Below, one piece after another: positions 60,201 to 64,000 of a stretch of 64,000 nucleotides of DNA; the stretch's first letter is position 1, and each line of letters begins with the position of its first letter. The position numbers and the translations under genes are program-made. Source of the DNA: Saprolegnia diclina VS20. Its lineage: Eukaryota. The notes beneath the pieces were generated by a model that made no database searches, was not told where the DNA came from, and saw only the letters and a program-made list of their open reading frames with translations. The stretch lies in assembly GCF_000281045.1 (NCBI RefSeq), contig NW_008246095.1:140155-204154 (forward strand), given 5' to 3'.

Positions 60201-60823
60201 ATGTCACGACGTTGCCATGTGAGCGCCGATGCACGAGCCTTGTGCCCAATGCTCGTCCTATACGGGCGTGTACCAATATCTATCTATCTATATTGGTATT
60301 TGTGAGGTCGGACGGGTACCCGTGATGATGCGTTTGGCTTCCTCGATTTGCGGCCAGCGCGTCTCTATTCACCGCAGCGCGTGCAAACAGAAGATCAAGA
60401 TGAGGGTACACAGCAGTGTAGCGTGACAGAACACCGAGCTCCATTGTCCTTTCTAGATATACGCGCCGAAATGATCGCAAGGCTTGAAGACTTGGGTGCG
60501 GCTCGTCCTCTTGCAGATCGACAAAGATTCTGTTGTCGCGCATATAGCCGGCGCCGCGAGGAAGAATGCACCCAAGAAGCTCTGGCCCAGTCTCGTAATC
60601 GGTTATTCGCTTAGTCTTGGGTGTCAACGCTGACTTGTTCAAGAGCGACGATGCACAATCTTGGTCGCGTGGCTCATCGCTCTGGAGCTTCAAGCCGTAC
60701 ACCGGGGCACGTCTTTGGACCCAGCAGCCAATCCGCGGCGTTGAACTCGACCAGATTTTCGACCAATGGGAGCGCTTCTTTGGGGGGCATCTTTCCTCGG
60801 TTGTCTTGCCCAAAGTTGCTTGA
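60201..60823 (+). CDS. Candidate 5-exon, 143-aa hypothetical protein or spliced uORF immediately upstream of VPS13
   Basis: Putative introns 60268-60306, 60406-60456, 60496-60547 and 60595-60643 give one open frame. No recognisable domain. Confidence 0.35.
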
Positions 60824-60842
60824 TTGCGAAGTCGGACCAAGC

Positions 60843-63800
60843 ATGGCGAAGGCAGTGATCTCGTCGGTAGGACCTCCATGAGGACATGGGACCGACGTCT
60901 CATGCGGATGCTGCTGAGGTAGATCCTGCAGTCGCAGCTCGGTAAGTACGTCGATGGGCTTGCGCCCGAGTCCCTCCAAGTCGGGCTCTGGAGCGGCGAG
61001 CTCCTATTGACGAACCTCAAGCTCAAGCCGCTCGCGCTTGCGGAGCTCAACCTCCCGATCAAGGTGCTGCAGGGGACGATCGCCAAGGTCCACGTCGTCG
61101 TGCCATGGAACCAGCTCGGGTCGGCCAGCGTTCAGGTTACGCTCGAGGGCATCTACGGCGTCGCGATCCCCAACACCGAGGTACAACCCGATACAACCCA
61201 TCTAGATTCTTCGATGCTCATATGCATGTAGCTCCCATCGCCGGAAGAAGTCTTGCTTGGCATACGGAACCGCCTCGAGCGTGGAGAGCTGATGCGGCAG
61301 CACACGCTGCAGACGAGCAGCAGCGGTACGTCGTCTGACCCCAAGGAAGACGAGAGCACGTTCCTAACGCGCCTCACGACCCGGATCATTGACAACCTCC
61401 AGATTACGATCAAGGACCTCCATATTCGGTACGAAGATACCGTGTCCAACCCGTCGCTGCCGTTCACGTGCGGCCTCTTTCTCGAGCGCTTCTCGCTCGA
61501 GACGACCGACGCCAACGGGCGCAAGATCTTTGTCGACAACACGGCGGGCGAGAAGAAGGGCTTGACGCATAAGGTCGCGCAGGTGAAGAACCTCGCGCTC
61601 TACTGGGACCGGCTCGACCCCGCCGACTCGATGACGCGCCAGTCGGCGGCGTTCGAAGCTGCGATGCGCCGCGTCATTTACGCAACGTCAGCCTTTGCCG
61701 AGACGGACCGTCACTGGCTGCTCGTGCCGCCCTGTACCGTGCGCGTGCGTCTCACGAAGAACGAGAGCCGTATGTACTCGCAGACGTCGCCCAAGTTTGC
61801 CGTCCACGCCGAGGCGATTGGTGTTGCGTTTGGCCTGAGCCGAGAGCAGTACGACGACATGCTCTTCATGCACAAGGCGTTTTTGAGTCGGCGCGCGGTC
61901 GAGGCGCACTTTTGGGAGCACCGCCACCGCCCGTTCTTGCCGTTGCGGCAGTACCCGGTCGTGTGGTGGGACTACGCGACGCGCTTCATCATTGCCACGT
62001 CGACCGGAAAAGCTACGTCGCGCTTCCGCTGGTCGGTGGTCAAAAAGATGGCGCGGGACCGTAAAATGTACGTTGCGCTCTACAAGCAGCAACAGTTGGC
62101 CAAGACCCCCGCGCTCTCGCTCGATCAATCGGCGTATGTACAGAGCATGGAGGATGCTTTCCCCATGGAGCTCGTGCTCCGTCTCCGCGAAGTCGCCGAG
62201 GCCCAGTTTGCTGCGCAGAAGAAGGCGACACCGGCCCCCGCTGCGTCGTCTTCGTGGTATGGCTACTTTTTCGGGGACGCCAGCGCGTCGACAGCAAGCG
62301 CCAACGACGTGCTCACGGACGCGGGCAAAGCCGACCTCAAGCGCGCGTATGAAGAGACGGTGGCGCTGGACGAAGCAGCGCTGCCAGTCGACTGCTTCCT
62401 CCTCACGATCGACATCGCGCTGCGCGACGGCCGCGTCGGTTTGTATGGCTACAACAATACACCACTGCTCTCGTCGGCCCTCACGGGCTCGATTGGCGTC
62501 CAGGTCCAGCCCGACGAATCGTGGACGTCGCAAGTACAGCTCGATCGCCTTGAGATTGCCAACCACCGCGTTGACGCTTCGTGTGCGAGCCGAGCATTCT
62601 GCACGCTGCGCCAAGGCAGCAGCGATGTGCCGTTTGCGCTGCGTGTCGCGATGCCGACGCCGACGACGCTTCACGTGCGGCTGAGCGCCGAGCCGCTCCA
62701 ATTTGTGCTGGACCCTGTCTTTCTCTTGCTTTTGTACGACTTTTTCTGCGGCTCGGTCGCGCAGCGTCAGCTGAATGACGTCTGGGCGTTCGCAACGAGC
62801 TCCGTCCAGTCGTACGTCTTTGCCGAGCAGGAGGAGGCCGATATGCTCGCGGCCATCTCGGCGGCCGAGACGATGAAGTACGATGTCATTGTGGATATGA
62901 AGGCACCGGTGCTGCTGCTCCCGGAAGACGCCACGAGCGATACGTCGGCCGTCGTCGTGCTCGACTTTGGCCGACTCAAGCTCACGGACGTCGCACCGTC
63001 GTCGGCGCACGTGCACACGTGGCAAGTCGAGCTCAACGAGATGCAAGTTCTTTTGCACGGCGAGAACGGGTTTGCGCCAAACGACCCCGGCGTTGCTTTG
63101 GTGCCGCGCTTCAACATGGCGTGTCGGGTCGATAGCATGGTCCGCGAGATGGCCGGCAAGCCGCTCCTCTCGATGCACGCCTCGCTGCCCGCGATTAACG
63201 TGGCCATGTCGGAAGAGTCGCTCGCGCAGCTCGGACGCATGCACGCTGCCATCTACCTGCAGTGCCAAGCTGTGATGGCACAAACCCGGCCGCCCGACAT
63301 CGAAGATGACGATGGCGCAGGTGCTGTCGTGGCCGCTCCCGTGCCGCGCAAAACGAGCAGAGACAGCCATGCGATTGCTCTCACGTGGGACATTGATGCC
63401 ATTGACATCGCGCTCGCCGACTCGTTCCGCGTCCTGCTCACGGGCACGTCGTTTGGCTACGATCTCTACGGGTCCAAGACGTCGGCCGTCGCCAAGTTGC
63501 GGGCGTTCTCGGTCGAAGACAAGGCCCACGCACCGTCGTCGCCGTACTATTATCTGGCCAAGACTCCCGATACGTCGTCGCATTTGATTCACGCGTCATT
63601 GGTCTCGAGCCAGAGCCCGGACCGCGCCGCGGATACGGTCATCACAGCCGACTTTCAAGTGCTCGAGATGCAGTGGAACCCATCATCGATCGTTGTGCTC
63701 AACTCGCTCGTCTCCACGTATACGTCGAGCCTCGTTTTGATTGCGCCGCCGCTACCGCACGCCACGAGTCTCAGCGCGTCGACACTGGGTGCGTCGATGG

Positions 63801-64000
63801 CACGGTCGCGGATCCCGTCGCTGCTAGTGACAGCGACCCTCGAACAGTTTAGCGTGTCGCTCAACAAGGACTCGCGTGACCGGCGACTCGTGACGCTCTC
63901 GATGACGAACGCGTCCTTGCACATGACGACGCAGAGTGACGCGTCGTACACGATCGACGGCACGCTCGGGAACTTTCTCGTTGAAGACCACAGCGTGCAA
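60843..64000 (+). CDS. VPS13: VPS13-family bridge-like lipid transfer protein, N-terminal part (3'-truncated)
   Basis: Chorein-N: MAKAVISSILQSQLGKYVDGL..GLWSGELLLTNLKLK..LPIKVLQGTIAKVHVVVPW, IIDNLQITIKDLHIRYED, NLALYWD. Introns 60867-60922 and 61181-61231. Confidence 0.95.

Noticed and set aside
61688..63592. 634-aa minus-strand ORF
   Set aside because: Antisense shadow of the VPS13 exon, which is missing from the ORF track because it has no stop in the window.
1..64000. CRISPR arrays, rRNA, tRNA, intact transposons, telomeric arrays
   Set aside because: None seen by eye. Small RNAs could be missed without covariance-model searches.

Overview
Eukaryotic, gene-dense window. I infer an oomycete, probably Saprolegnia-like, from the GC-rich codons, GT-AG introns almost all 44-57 nt, and oomycete-type gene families. 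It contains about 21 protein-coding genes and two N gaps (31812-32568, 42424-42753). The first 17.3 kb is one 5'-truncated, 21-exon gene of at least 5,429 aa. It encodes a polycystin-1-like receptor: about 20 cadherin/Ig-like repeats, Calx-beta-like modules, REJ, EGF, an intact GPS site, about 5-6 TM helices, and cytoplasmic TRAF-type zinc fingers. I see no PLAT domain and no TRP-like channel half. Downstream lie a GH72 glucanosyltransferase, a WD40 protein, an atypical RBR ligase, BROX, an MFS transporter, an ankyrin-DUF4246 fusion with a decayed duplicate, and an intronless ankyrin gene. These are followed by TAF10, a TTLL glutamylase, ZCRB1, DNAAF6, a frameshifted phosphate carrier, two inverted SLC25 paralogs flanking TEX10/IPI1, HtrA2, two C3H zinc-finger-like paralogs, a gankyrin-like gene and the 5' end of VPS13. 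A palindromic TATCCGGATA-type motif recurs near several start codons. Family calls are by motif recognition only; no database searches were run.
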